Shown one piece after another: positions 11,643 to 22,539 of a stretch of 64,000 nucleotides of DNA. This stretch comes from Eukaryota sp. TZLM1-RC (Eukaryota > Protista > Metamonada: BaSk clade): the NCBI GenBank assembly GCA_040285825.1, contig JAUPSS010000002.1, positions 2,790,001-2,854,000 of the forward strand. Reading direction: 5' to 3'. The position numbers and the translations under genes are program-made. Every line of letters starts with the position of its first letter. Within the stretch, counting starts at the first letter, position 1. The notes beneath the pieces are model-generated. The model did not search any database. It was not told where the DNA came from and was given only the letters and a program-made list of their open reading frames with translations.

Positions 11643-12863
11643 TCAATATTCTTCTGAACTATATTCACTACGAGCGAGATCAAGATCGCTATCTTGATCC
11701 AAATCAATTGACTCATCAATAGAAAATTTTTTCTCCATTGTTCCATTAAGGATACTATCTTGAGGAATATTTGACATTAATTCCTCATAGTAGGGAGAAT
11801 TAAAACCACTGGCTCCTTGATGGGCATTGAGTTCAACTTCCTGGCTCCCCTGAAGTTCTTTCACATTCTTGACATATCTAACAAATACATCATAGTTGGA
11901 CAATGGTTCCCCATCTAAAACTTGCAAAATTTCTGATACAATTGGAGACAATAATAGGCTTCTGAGATCGCTTCTTTCATCTTTTTCTTTTTTTATAACT
12001 CTTGCCAACAGATCAGAATTCGTTCTAGTCTCTATAAATGGTCGCACTTTACTACCAAATGAGTCTAATTTTGGTAATAATTCTGGATGAAGAGCTAGAA
12101 ACCTGACCGCAGCTAAATACCCATAAAAAGAAGCAAAATCCAAATAGTCAACATCTTCTCTAACACGATTCCTAATATCACCTTTACAGGGACCAAACAA
12201 ATGGAGCATTGGAAAGGTTGACTGGGCTTCAACAGCAATACCAAACATGGTAATACCAAAACCACAAAATACATTGAATTGATTATCAACTGCACAACCA
12301 GCAGTATAAACAATCAAATCTGATTGATCAGGGTTTATTTTCCGAAGTACATCAACCATTTCAACTCTTTGCAACTTGGTAGCTGGTTTAGGCAAGCTGT
12401 CAGACAGATAGTAATTTTCATCTTCATCTGATGTTTCACACTGCTTTGCCAACCAAGTTGTCGCTTCGTCTTTACGTCTAAACTTTCGGTACAAAACATT
12501 GGGACAATCTTTTGTATAAGGTTCTACCTTTTCTCTAAACATGCGATTTTGATAACTCTCTCTGTCTGCTTTGCTAAGGCTGCCATGGCTTTCAGGTGAA
12601 GGGATGGTAATCAAAAGGTTCTTAACTGTACGACCAGGGACTTGAGGGTCCCTACCTCTTGCAATGCCATAGTAAATTTCTCCAGGAGACGTTCTGTTTT
12701 CCCAGTATAGAATAGCTTCTAGTTCAGTGGGAAAACCTCGAAATTGTTGCCCATTAGCACCCTGTACTAAGGAAAAGTCAAACTGTTTCTTCTTATCAAC
12801 TTCAAAGATGCCACGAGCCTTATCTTTACCACGAATGACTGCGTAGAACTTGCTCTTTCCCAT
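11643..12863 (-). CDS. RNASEH1: RNase H1-like protein with two hybrid-binding (Cauli_VI) domains; catalytic residues substituted (copy 1)
   Basis: HBD1 KFYAVIRG..GIF..VQGANGQQFRGFPTELEAILY; HBD2 YYGIARGR...TKDCPNVLYRKFRRKDEATTWL; RNase H fold IVYTAGC..CGFGI, IETRTNS, GSQEVELNAHQGA. Confidence 0.85.
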   Translation of the reverse strand: MGKSKFYAVIRGKDKARGIFEVDKKKQFDFSLVQGANGQQFRGFPTELEAILYWENRTSPGEIYYGIARGRDPQVPGRTVKNLLITIPSPESHGSLSKADRESYQNRMFREKVEPYTKDCPNVLYRKFRRKDEATTWLAKQCETSDEDENYYLSDSLPKPATKLQRVEMVDVLRKINPDQSDLIVYTAGCAVDNQFNVFCGFGITMFGIAVEAQSTFPMLHLFGPCKGDIRNRVREDVDYLDFASFYGYLAAVRFLALHPELLPKLDSFGSKVRPFIETRTNSDLLARVIKKEKDERSDLRSLLLSPIVSEILQVLDGEPLSNYDVFVRYVKNVKELQGSQEVELNAHQGASGFNSPYYEELMSNIPQDSILNGTMEKKFSIDESIDLDQDSDLDLARSEYSSEEY

Positions 12864-14419
12864 TCAAAAGTTCAAAAGTGGAAGGAATATAGCAGAAGGA
12901 AATTGAGAGGATTGCTTTGTGGGGTTGACACAACTTTTATAATCACACTGTTTTCACTTATCCAACAAAACCACATTCCACAAGTCGTCTATTGACAAAC
13001 AAGCGGGGTTAAACTGGTCTATAATTCTATGTCATCCACTAAACAAAATGAATATTTTGCTTGTCTCAACAGTTGTCTAATAGCTTTTCCTTTAACAGTT
13101 GGTACTCGATCCTTATGAGTTCAATATCAGTATTATTCCAATCAGCAAATCCAATTACTACATCAATTGGGATCCCAATTGAGCATTTGAATCGGCAAAT
13201 CATTTGGTGTGCTGATTTTCTAAACCGAGATCCTAATAATATTATGCCTTGTGCTTTAGTTCAATAATGTTATGCTTTTTATATATATTTTAGGTCTTCA
13301 AATTCAAATAATTTTCCCTGTCCCAAAGTAGGTTATTGAAATAATTCAGATTCAGCTTCTACATAACTGCCATTCTTTGAATTTGGTTTTGATGCTTTTT
13401 TGTTCAAAATTTCTGTCAAAATTTTCTTATTTTAAATTAGTTTGTTCCTCTCGAGAGTAACTAAATCTATTGTAGAAATTTTCGTTTTTTTGTTAAAAAT
13501 TTGTTAAATTGAGTTTTAAAAAGAAGTGAAGTGTTCGTGTATTTTTTCCACAAAGTTCTTTAAAACACATAATTTGATCGAGATGTATTTAATTCTGGTT
13601 TCTGCTTTTTGAATGGTCCTCTGTCTTGCTACAGTAAAAATCTGCTCCAATTCTAGATTCACATTTGTGTTTCAGAGACAATCTACCCACATTCCAGGGT
13701 CAAATGCTACTGATTGTGTTTCTATTAAAAGTTATTCTTGTAACGGATTTTTTTAACTTCACGAAATAACAAGCTTCAACCGTTATACGTTCGAAGTAAT
13801 AAGGGAACACAATAAGAACAAAATGTAGGAGTTACTTTTACAACTTTTTCAGCTTGCACAATTTTATCAACATAAATTCCATGTAGTAATTATTTTTTTG
13901 GGTTATTAGAGAAGCTTTAGGGAGACAGCAAGCAGATCACGATTCTGTGGAGGAAATCTGGTTTAAATGAATTTTGTCCCATTAGTTCTGAGTCTGCTTT
14001 AAGAAGCTTCGGAGATCAATAAATAGATCGTAATTGCGCTTTTCATAATAAAATCAATCCATATTCTGAAAGCAAATCTGGATACTTATTTCCAAAAGCT
14101 TAAATATAGAGTTCGCAAACAGGCCATTTTTGTTGTTTAATTGAATTATTATTATTGAAAATTCAACAATTCGATTGTCAGTTACACGGTTAATTCATTC
14201 AGTCTATTTCTTAGAAATTTGGTTTTCAACTCCCCTTGTTTTGACAAGTTGAACTATGTTGCTGGTAAAAATATTCAGCCAACCAACAATTTAATATCAA
14301 AAATGTTGTTGAAATTGGATTGAATATTCAGATCTTACTATATTGATTTCCACTTGGAAGAAGCTCGGAACATAACATACCATTTTGTCTCTTTTCTCAA
14401 AACGCTTATTTATTTATCT

Positions 14420-15400
14420 GATAAGGAATATCAAAACATAAAATACACAACTAAAATTCCACATCCTCAAAATCTGCCTCCCTACTTCAAAACAATCAAT
14501 TGCTAAAGATTCAGAAAATTTCCCAAAAGAAGACAGTGAATCAGAAATTAGGTTCACCATTCTTTTAGAAATAGAAACTACAATGCTGTTTTGCCAGTAA
14601 ACAGATTGAAAATTCTTCCAATTCTTTCCTTTACAACTGAAACAAAATCCTCAAAAAAAGCCATAACAGCCTTGCCTAGAGATCCAAGCAAAGAAAAAAC
14701 AGAGGGACATAAATTATATTGAGCATGAGAATTTTCATTAGTTGAGGAAATGGGTTTCGAATATTTAGCAATTCTATATATTTCGCCAGCGAGAAGAGGA
14801 CTATTTACATATGAGTTAATAAAATGTTCGTTAGAAGAATTACAAGGGTCAATGGACATGGCGTCTAAAATAGTAAAACTACCATTTAAACAGGGAACAA
14901 CTAGATCACCTCTTGTCAGACCCATAGAAGTTCTATTGTAGCCCGTACTATCAATATTGGGGTCATCAAGAATTATTTTCGATAACAACGGCTATAAAAA
15001 GGAATCTACTCGATATGATTTACACATTACATAAATCTGGTCCCTGACATTATTATGCACTTTACTTCTAAATGTAATGAAATGTTTACAGCTCAAAAGA
15101 TGAATAAACACAAGAGGTTTACCACATTTACAAGTTAAATGATTGGGCAAATTGTTTGGCCATAGAAAACAACGAAAACGCATGTTTAAAAGCCATTCAT
15201 TGTTTTTTAACAAAAGTACATAAACAGAGGGAATTTGAGTTACTAACGCACCAGCAAAACTATTACGAATGTCCTTTAAAAATTTCCGAAAGCAGGATTT
15301 TGAGTTTTGGCCAAGCCAAGTCTTACTTCATAATCCAAGCTTTCCATTCCATTTCATCAGCCATTTGTCTCAAAACTGCGCTTGCGCCAGATTTGTTTGT
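14420..15400 (-). mobile_element. Degenerate 5'-truncated RLE non-LTR retrotransposon (mirrored at about 44700-45690 +)
   Basis: Broken ORFs give WLLNMRFR, CKC..HLLSCKH, VHNNVRD, RGDLVV, LDAMSIDP, FSLLGSLG and end in FEDVEF*. Confidence 0.88.
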
Positions 15401-15539
15401 GTTGAAGATACGAAAGACTAGTGATGGTTAGATTCTTCAGTCGAATGGTTGCTTTGGCATCATTCATTTGTTAATGGACTGCTATTATTTCTTCATTGGT
15501 TTTTTGCCATTAAGTTATAGATGGGGGAATACCTTTTTG

Positions 15540-15770
15540 GGGACAGAGTGTTCAGATCGGAACGTCAAAAATTTTGTGAGTCATTGGCAAAGAGTGGTCG
15601 AATTCTGACCGCTATGTTGATTCAATTCATTATGTAAGTGATTCATTAATTCAAATTAAATTTTCCATAAAATCTAATGAATATATATTCCATATATTTA
15701 TTTTTTTCTTTTAAACCACAGTTACAGTACCTCCAGTTATAGAGTGAATTGATTCTAACAAAATTCAATC
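15540..15770. repeat. Dispersed ~230-bp repeat (copies at 17412-17660 and, inverted, at 44330-44572)
   Basis: Shared text ACAGAGTG...GAGTCATT.GCAA..GTGGTCG...ATGTTGATTCA.TTCATTATGTAAGTGATTCATTAATTCAAAT...AACCACAGTTACAG.ACCTCCAGTTATAGAGT. Confidence 0.8.
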
Positions 15771-18610
15771 TCTGTGTATTTCACATTGTTCGGACACCAG
15801 TATTATCAAATGAGCAGTTTTTGAAACACTGAGCTGCTTACCAATGTCTGTTCTTGATTTTCAGCATTCACATAATTCCCAGACATTACATCTTGAGCAC
15901 CAACATCTTTGCATTAGTAGCTTCTTAAACCAAAAAAAGATGTTTATGATATGAAACAGATAGAAACCGTTTTTTAAAGGAATTATTCTATTCTTTTCTA
16001 TTTAATCAGTGTCCTTTTTTGGTGTATTTCACGTACCATTGTGAAACACTTACTCAAAGCGCCCTGTCATTTTTCAATGTGATAATTATATTATTGTCAT
16101 TCATTGTAAGTAATAGTTCAAATAATTGAATAACTTATGCCATTACTTAAGTAATAATAATAATCTTACATCAAGGAATTGATTTCTCAACGCTTTTCAG
16201 AACTATTTTCTTGGTTGCATCTTGTTTTAATCTTGTTCTGACCTGTGGAGCATTTGTAGTTGTAGAATGCAAGCAAAAGACCGATAGTTAATTACTCAAA
16301 ATCACTTGAGCAGTTTGGCAACCCAAAAAAAATTTCAGCGATAATAATAATAATGAGTGATAAAAGTAAAAGCGTTTTTAATAATGTGAAACAACAACGA
16401 CGTACTTGAGGTATTGGATGGATTCAATTACGGAAAAGATGTTTCAAATTTGCTAAATGGGAAGAAATTTTGAGATCTCGTGCTCCTTCCAAAGCATTAG
16501 ATTCTTTTCGATTCTACAATGCTTTCAGGAAGAAATTTTTTGCTAATTTATTTTATCTACATCTAGGAATGTTGAAAAATCACTTATTTTCTGCAGCAAA
16601 TATGGGAAATGTTGGATTCACAAAATTCTCTTTTTTATACCAATCCGCTTTTGTGGGAACAAAGAGTTTAACCACTACGTATCACGATTAACTTGCAATA
16701 ACAAGAATTGTAAATTCATTGAAAATGGATGAAGACTGCTGTTCAAAAAATAAACCGACTTCTCTGAATATATTTAATAATATGATTGCTCAGAATGTGG
16801 ATAGTGGTCAGTTTTTGTGATTGCTCCTCAAAAAAGAAATTGTGTAAATGTGGAAAAATTTCCCCCAATGCTATGATTCTGCATGCTGTATAACCTCCAT
16901 AGAGATAAATTATAGACTTGGTTTGTCTCATTGTTTTTGTTGTTCTTTTAAAAATTGGCTCTCTAAATTGGTAATTATTCACAGCCTTTGGGTCATGTTC
17001 ACCTAACCAAAACTTCCATTCCCCAAGGCTCTTTGAGTGCTTATTTTCATAATAAACTGACAAATTCTATTGATTTAAATTTAATGGATAAAAATTCCTG
17101 GACAAAGCAAAAGGCTCACCCAAATGAAAAATCACATATTGCAGTAACAATATTAATTTTAAAACTGTTATTTACAATATATCAAATAAAAACATTTCAT
17201 CTTTTTCAATTGCTTATTGTGAAATTTTAAACACGGTATCGGTTGGTGAATTTGAAATACTTGAACACTTTTTCATAACAATGAATTGTTGAAGAATAAA
17301 CTAAACTGTTCCAAGTGACGATTATCCTATTGATTCAACTTGTTTTGCAAATGTCAAAAAGTTGTTAACATTTTTCAAACAGAATCTGAAAAGGTGAAAA
17401 ATGTCTATTTGAGAACAGAGTGGTCGAGTCAGGATGCCAAAATTCGTGGGAGTCATTTGCAAGATGTGGTCGTATCTTGAGCGCCATGTTGATTCAGTTC
17501 ATTATGTAAGTGATTCATTAATTCAAATATAATTTTCCTTAAAATCTAATGAATATATATTCCATAAATTTATTTTTTCTCTTAAACCACAGTTACAGCA
17601 CCTCCAGTTATAGAGTAACTTTCGGACAATGCAATTGCAGTTTGATTCTAATAAAATTCAGAATGTACACCGAATTTATAAACAAAAAAGAAAACGCACA
17701 TTTAACTCAAAATCTATGTCTATTGGACTGTCTTTACCTTTATATATTTCTCATTTTTGCATCCTGGTAATTTACAATAATGAGGACCATCCACTGACAA
17801 TGAGTCGAATCTTTTGTAAAGTCTATGTTTTCAATATACACTTAGTACCTTGTCACGTTTGACATCTTCATGCCTTAATAAAAGAGTCTCAACTTATTGA
17901 AATATTACTTTTTCATTTTTTTTTTGAAATCGGGCAAAAGACTTCTCTGAAAATTGGAACCAATGTCATTAAAAAATTTGTTGTTTCTGAGTTCAATTCA
18001 TTTCACCAATTTTGGGGAGATGTCTACCAACTTTTTGTTTATCATTCGCTTTTTGCATATTTGTGAAATTTCGAATTATCTCTTTGCGAGAAAAGTCAAC
18101 AGATGATGGCAAAGCTACCAATGTTTTTTCTTGTTTTCCAAGAAAAGTCACTTTCTAATTAAAATCAAAAGTCAATGTTGATTCATTGATGAATTGAAGC
18201 TGAAACAAATCAGAAAACAATATTTTAGTAAATCAAAAAGTACATAAGAGCAAAAGAAGTAAATTGGTCCAACACTTTAGTATGGGGAAATTCCTGATTA
18301 GTTAAAAAAACACTATATAGTTTCACATTTGGAGAAATCCAAAATTGCTGCAGCTTCAATGTAGTAAAAGCACATCTTCACTAAGAAAAATATTGAGGTC
18401 TCTCACCAACACTACCCTTTACAAAATAATCTACAATCTCCTTGATGTTGATACAAGCTAACTTGTTACGATTCCATACCTTATCCATTCCATTACATTT
18501 TTCTTTATAAACATCAGATCGATCTTAATAAAACGTTGCATTTTACTGTAGGTCACTCCTCTCTCATCAATGTTTCAACATTTTCAACATAAAAAAATGC
18601 ATTTATAGGG

Positions 18611-19252
18611 TTAAAACAATATATCCTCGAAAATAAAAAAAATAAAAAAATTAATTAAAAAAATGGAAAAATCAAATTTATTTTGAGTGATTTGTTTTGT
18701 ACAAAAGGCGTACTTTTTCATTAGAACTTCGTGCGCAGCCTTTAAATAAAGAATTTCCTTATCTTTTTCATTTAATTGCCGTACAAATTCTAAATAAGCT
18801 TCTGTGTTAGCCAAAAGAGACTCATTTTCAGATTTCAATTCATCAATTTTTGAAGTTAATTCTCCAACTAAAAATTCACTTTGCCTTAACTCTAGTTTAA
18901 TTGAATCTAATTCAGAATTTAATAATGAAAGTTCTTGGTTACAAAGAATATTTTCAAAATTTGAATTAGTTTCATTTTCTTTTTCCTTTAAAATCGTTTC
19001 TGATTTTTTTTCTTAGTTTATTTTATTCAACAGCGAATACGAAAACATAAAATACACAACTATAACTCCACATCTTCAAAACCTGCCTCCCCTACATCAA
19101 AACAATTAACTGCCATTTCTAATTTTGACTCCAATTCTTCCTTTGAATTGAAGTTCATCTCTTGCAGATATATTGATTGTTGATATTGATTCAAATATTG
19201 AATTTTCATCTTGGTTACAAAGAATAATTTCAAAAATTGAATTAATTTCATT
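18611..19252 (-). pseudogene. Decayed 3' coiled-coil remainder of kinesin copy 1, interrupted by a ~110-bp retrotransposon 3' end
   Basis: 18785-19001 and 19116-19250 match copy-2 coiled-coil sequence (22860-23100). 19003-19115 is a retro tail (NCFDVGEAGFEDVEL*) with an A-tail, flanked by TTTCT(G/A)ATTTT. Confidence 0.75.
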
Positions 19253-20917
19253 TTATTTTTCCTTTAAAATTGTTTTTAATTTAGACTCTAATTCAGAAAC
19301 CAAATTTTGTTGTTCAATCAATTCCTTGCTAAGTTGATCAATTTCATCTCTTGAAGATATTAAAGAAGATTTAAATACACTGTAATAGTGTTTTAATTCT
19401 TCATTTAATTGATTTAAATCAAGAATTTCCTGATTTTTTTCACATAATTTTTGCTCTAATTCTAAATAAGCTTCTTTGTAAACCAAAAGAGATTCATTTT
19501 TAGATTTCAATTCATCAATTTTTGATTGTTTTTCTGATTTAATTGAACTAATTTCTTCTTCTTTTTGCAATTGAATTAATTCATAATCTGCTTTTAAATT
19601 AGCAACCAATTTCCTTTCATCTTTCAATTCTTCTTTTAATTTATCCAACTCAGCAGCTTGTTTTTTGACAATTTCAACTTGAGAACTATTTTCTTGATAA
19701 CCATCAATTATAACATCATTATTAATCGGAGTCTGGGAAGGTCTTTTGAACACTTCAAACTGTTCTAGAGCAGTTCGGTTAGCAGTATTGAGTGAAGGAC
19801 ACCAAGTAAGTCGTCTATTAAAAGAACTAGGTTTGGGTTCTTCATCAATAAGACGTTGATTTAGTAATAATTGTAAATTCTTTTCCTTCAATTCTTTAAT
19901 TTCATTTTCATATCGTTTTAATAAAGCTCTATCATCCAAAACTTCATTAATCTTTGCTCTATTTTGAACACTTTTAGCCCGCATTGCGAAATCCAAAGTA
20001 CTTTTGGTAACTTCAAAATGCTTTACATGGGGATTGATGCAGCAAATCATTACGGTTAATGAATTACCTCCCAAAGCATTGGATAATACATGAGTTAACT
20101 TTGAATCTCGATAATTGACAACGCCAGCGGGATTTGATTGTAATTTTGAAATGACTGTTCCTAGTGCCAAGAGCGACTTATTAATATTACCAGCTTCTCT
20201 CAGCTGAATTCCTTTCGCTCCAGTAATAGAAGCTCTCTCACTACCAGCTAGATCAACAAAATTTAAATGAGAAATTCTAACTGCACCATCAGAATTTGGG
20301 GATTTGTCCCGTGATTCAAGAATTATTCTAAAGATAGAATGACTTCGAGAACTTCTGTCATTCATTCTTGTAGCACCTACATGACGTCGTTGGTTTCCCT
20401 TTTCTAATTGTTCCAAGGCCCCCTCAACTGACATGACTACGAATTCTTGGACAGAGTAGAGAACCACTGAGTTGGTTTGGCCATCTGTACGGAGACAAGG
20501 TTTGTTCTGGGGTTCAAGCAGATCGAAAATTTTTCCATTGTAGATTTCGATAAAGGAAACACGGACGAGGTAATGGCGGTCAAAAAAAGCTTCAATGTGA
20601 TCAAAAATGTCAGAAAGAGCACGATAAACAACTCCTGGATCGTCATGAGAACTCATCATACTGTGAGTTTTACCAGCAGCAGTTTGTCCATAAGCAAAAA
20701 CGGTACCATGGAAGCCCTCAATAGCTTGTGACACGATGGAAGAGACAAGAGAGTTGTAGAGGGATGAGTTGTTTTCAGATTCATTAAAGACATTATCAAA
20801 GCTGTAGATTGTGGAAGACATATTAGAAGACAGAGTGGTTTGATCGGAGCGCCAGCAGCGTTCTGATTTAGTGGCAAAAAGAGGCCGTACTCTGACGGCC
20901 ACCTTAATGAAGTTCAT
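19253..20917 (-). CDS. CENPE: CENP-E-like kinesin-7, copy 1 (C-terminally truncated)
   Basis: IKVAVRVRP, P-loop AYGQTAAGKT, switch I NDRSSRSH, switch II DLAGSER, the CENP-E-type RRLTWC motif after the neck, and a coiled-coil tail. Confidence 0.88.
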   Translation of the reverse strand: MNFIKVAVRVRPLFATKSERCWRSDQTTLSSNMSSTIYSFDNVFNESENNSSLYNSLVSSIVSQAIEGFHGTVFAYGQTAAGKTHSMMSSHDDPGVVYRALSDIFDHIEAFFDRHYLVRVSFIEIYNGKIFDLLEPQNKPCLRTDGQTNSVVLYSVQEFVVMSVEGALEQLEKGNQRRHVGATRMNDRSSRSHSIFRIILESRDKSPNSDGAVRISHLNFVDLAGSERASITGAKGIQLREAGNINKSLLALGTVISKLQSNPAGVVNYRDSKLTHVLSNALGGNSLTVMICCINPHVKHFEVTKSTLDFAMRAKSVQNRAKINEVLDDRALLKRYENEIKELKEKNLQLLLNQRLIDEEPKPSSFNRRLTWCPSLNTANRTALEQFEVFKRPSQTPINNDVIIDGYQENSSQVEIVKKQAAELDKLKEELKDERKLVANLKADYELIQLQKEEEISSIKSEKQSKIDELKSKNESLLVYKEAYLELEQKLCEKNQEILDLNQLNEELKHYYSVFKSSLISSRDEIDQLSKELIEQQNLVSELESKLKTILKEK

Positions 20918-20968
20918 TGAAAAAAAAGGTTCCGCTTAAATTAACCATAATCAGATCAAAAACCAAAA

Positions 20969-20986
20969 TTAGGTCGGCCGACCTAA
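20969..20986. promoter_or_regulatory. 18-bp perfect GC-rich palindrome 52 bp upstream of the kinesin ATG
   Basis: TTAGGTCGGCCGACCTAA; also at 39236-39253 and, with one mismatch, at 26546-26563. A regulatory role is inferred from position only. Confidence 0.45.
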
Positions 20987-22198
20987 AATTGAACAAACCG
21001 CAAATTCTCCTGTTTTATAATCATAAACTTAGCATTGACAAGGTCAATTCATCAAGTGGTTTCTTAGCCTTATGAGTAGTAAGGTTACCGTAGTAACCCA
21101 TGAAAATTTGAAGGTGAATGCGGACTCTGACTGCTGCATTGATGTTTGCAAAAAAATATTAAAAAATAAATAATCCAAGCTAATGTGGCTCAATGAAGAA
21201 AATTTAATACAATGTGAACTCATGTTGTGAATATATTCATAATTAGGATGCAAATCCCTAAAAAGTATTATTGGAAAAGAATTGTTGCTTTTTTTTCGAA
21301 AAAAAATGCTTGTTTTGTAAAGAAAATTTCTGATACCCGTAGATATCAATAAAAAATTGAAGGTGAATGTGAAGAGAAAAGAAAATACGTGACCAGATAG
21401 GTATTTCAAATGCCAAAGGGGTCAGTAATCAGATCCAGATGTGAGAGGTTATTGTGTTTCAATCTGATTGTTTTGTATTTGATTATAGGGGTTATTATCT
21501 AATTTCAACCGAACATAATAACTTTTCATGTGATTGTTGCAGAATCAATGTTAAAATTACCAAGACCAATCTTCTATAGAAAAATAAAAAAAAGAAGTTG
21601 ATTGAACTTGAGTCTCCTAAACTGGTAAATGTAAAATAGAATTATATGAAAAAATTGCAGGAATAGAGATTGCTTTGGTCTCAGAAAAACACGTTGCTTG
21701 ACAAATCACTTTCCTTAAATGAATTACTATTACCAATGATTAAAACGCACTCTAAACCCTGATATGAATAAACGACAAAATATGATTTGAAAATGGGAAT
21801 AAGAAAAAAGATGCAAGATCTGATAAAAAATTGGTGGAGGCAGGTTGTAGTGAAAATTGAATTAAACCTTCAAGACGATATTTTGATAGAAACCAGTTAT
21901 GGACAATCCTTACAAAAATAGACGTATACCAACTACGAACATCTCAAGGATTTCATTATAAACCTGATGCTATTAGTGGTAATTATTAATAAGCTACAAC
22001 AAACCTACATTTAAATATCTTTTAAAAACATATTTAAAGAATTTCAAAACGAGAAAAAATGGATATTAAACTTCATAATTAGTATTGTTCAGTACTCAAG
22101 GAACTGCTCACTTGTTTCGACTTTTGGGTTAATAAAAACGAATTGTTACTAGAACGAATGAGGCAGTTTAGGAGTTGAAGGCAAAGCTGGTTTCTTTT

Positions 22199-22537
22199 GA
22201 AAGAATTTAAATCGGAATTATCAGTAAAAACCCTAGTTAATTGTGGAGAATTAAGGAGAGAGCAAAGAGCTTGAAGTAATGAAAGGTAGCTTCTCTCATG
22301 GTTTTCTTTTTCACCTTTATCTTCTTCATCACCCTGAGATTGTTTGGCAACTGCACTCTTCTTGGTATCTCCAACAAAGCTTAACTGGTTAGTGATTAGC
22401 CAGCAAGTGAGACAAACGTACATGTTGACAATTGTTGGCAAATGAGCCTTCTCCTCACTAGATCTTTGATGAACCGGGTTGCAGGGGTTCTGGAGGTCTG
22501 AGGAAAGTGAAGATAAAGCAGTGGTGAGGGAAGAGGT
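22199..22537 (-). pseudogene. Duplicated 5' fragment of CAP-D2
   Basis: Near-identical to CAP-D2 34992-35328 (HLPTIVNMYVCLTCWLITNQLSFV...DLNSF), then switches to unrelated sequence. Confidence 0.9.
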
Positions 22538-22539
22538 TG

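Larger units (their letters stand above)
11438..22537. repeat. Left arm of large imperfect inverted duplication
   Basis: Reverse-complement identity: 11438-17400 vs 48667-42687; 17720-18290 vs 42312-41770; kinesin plus upstream 19400-22537 vs 40950-37691. Paired ORFs are identical or near-identical (406 aa, 121 aa, 106 aa, 73 aa). Confidence 0.93.

Noticed and set aside
21044-21409. 121-aa ORF identical in both arms (also 38813-39178)
   Set aside because: Non-ATG start and low-complexity F/I/L composition, and the frame is broken in the third paralogous flank (26598-26991); identity reflects recent duplication.
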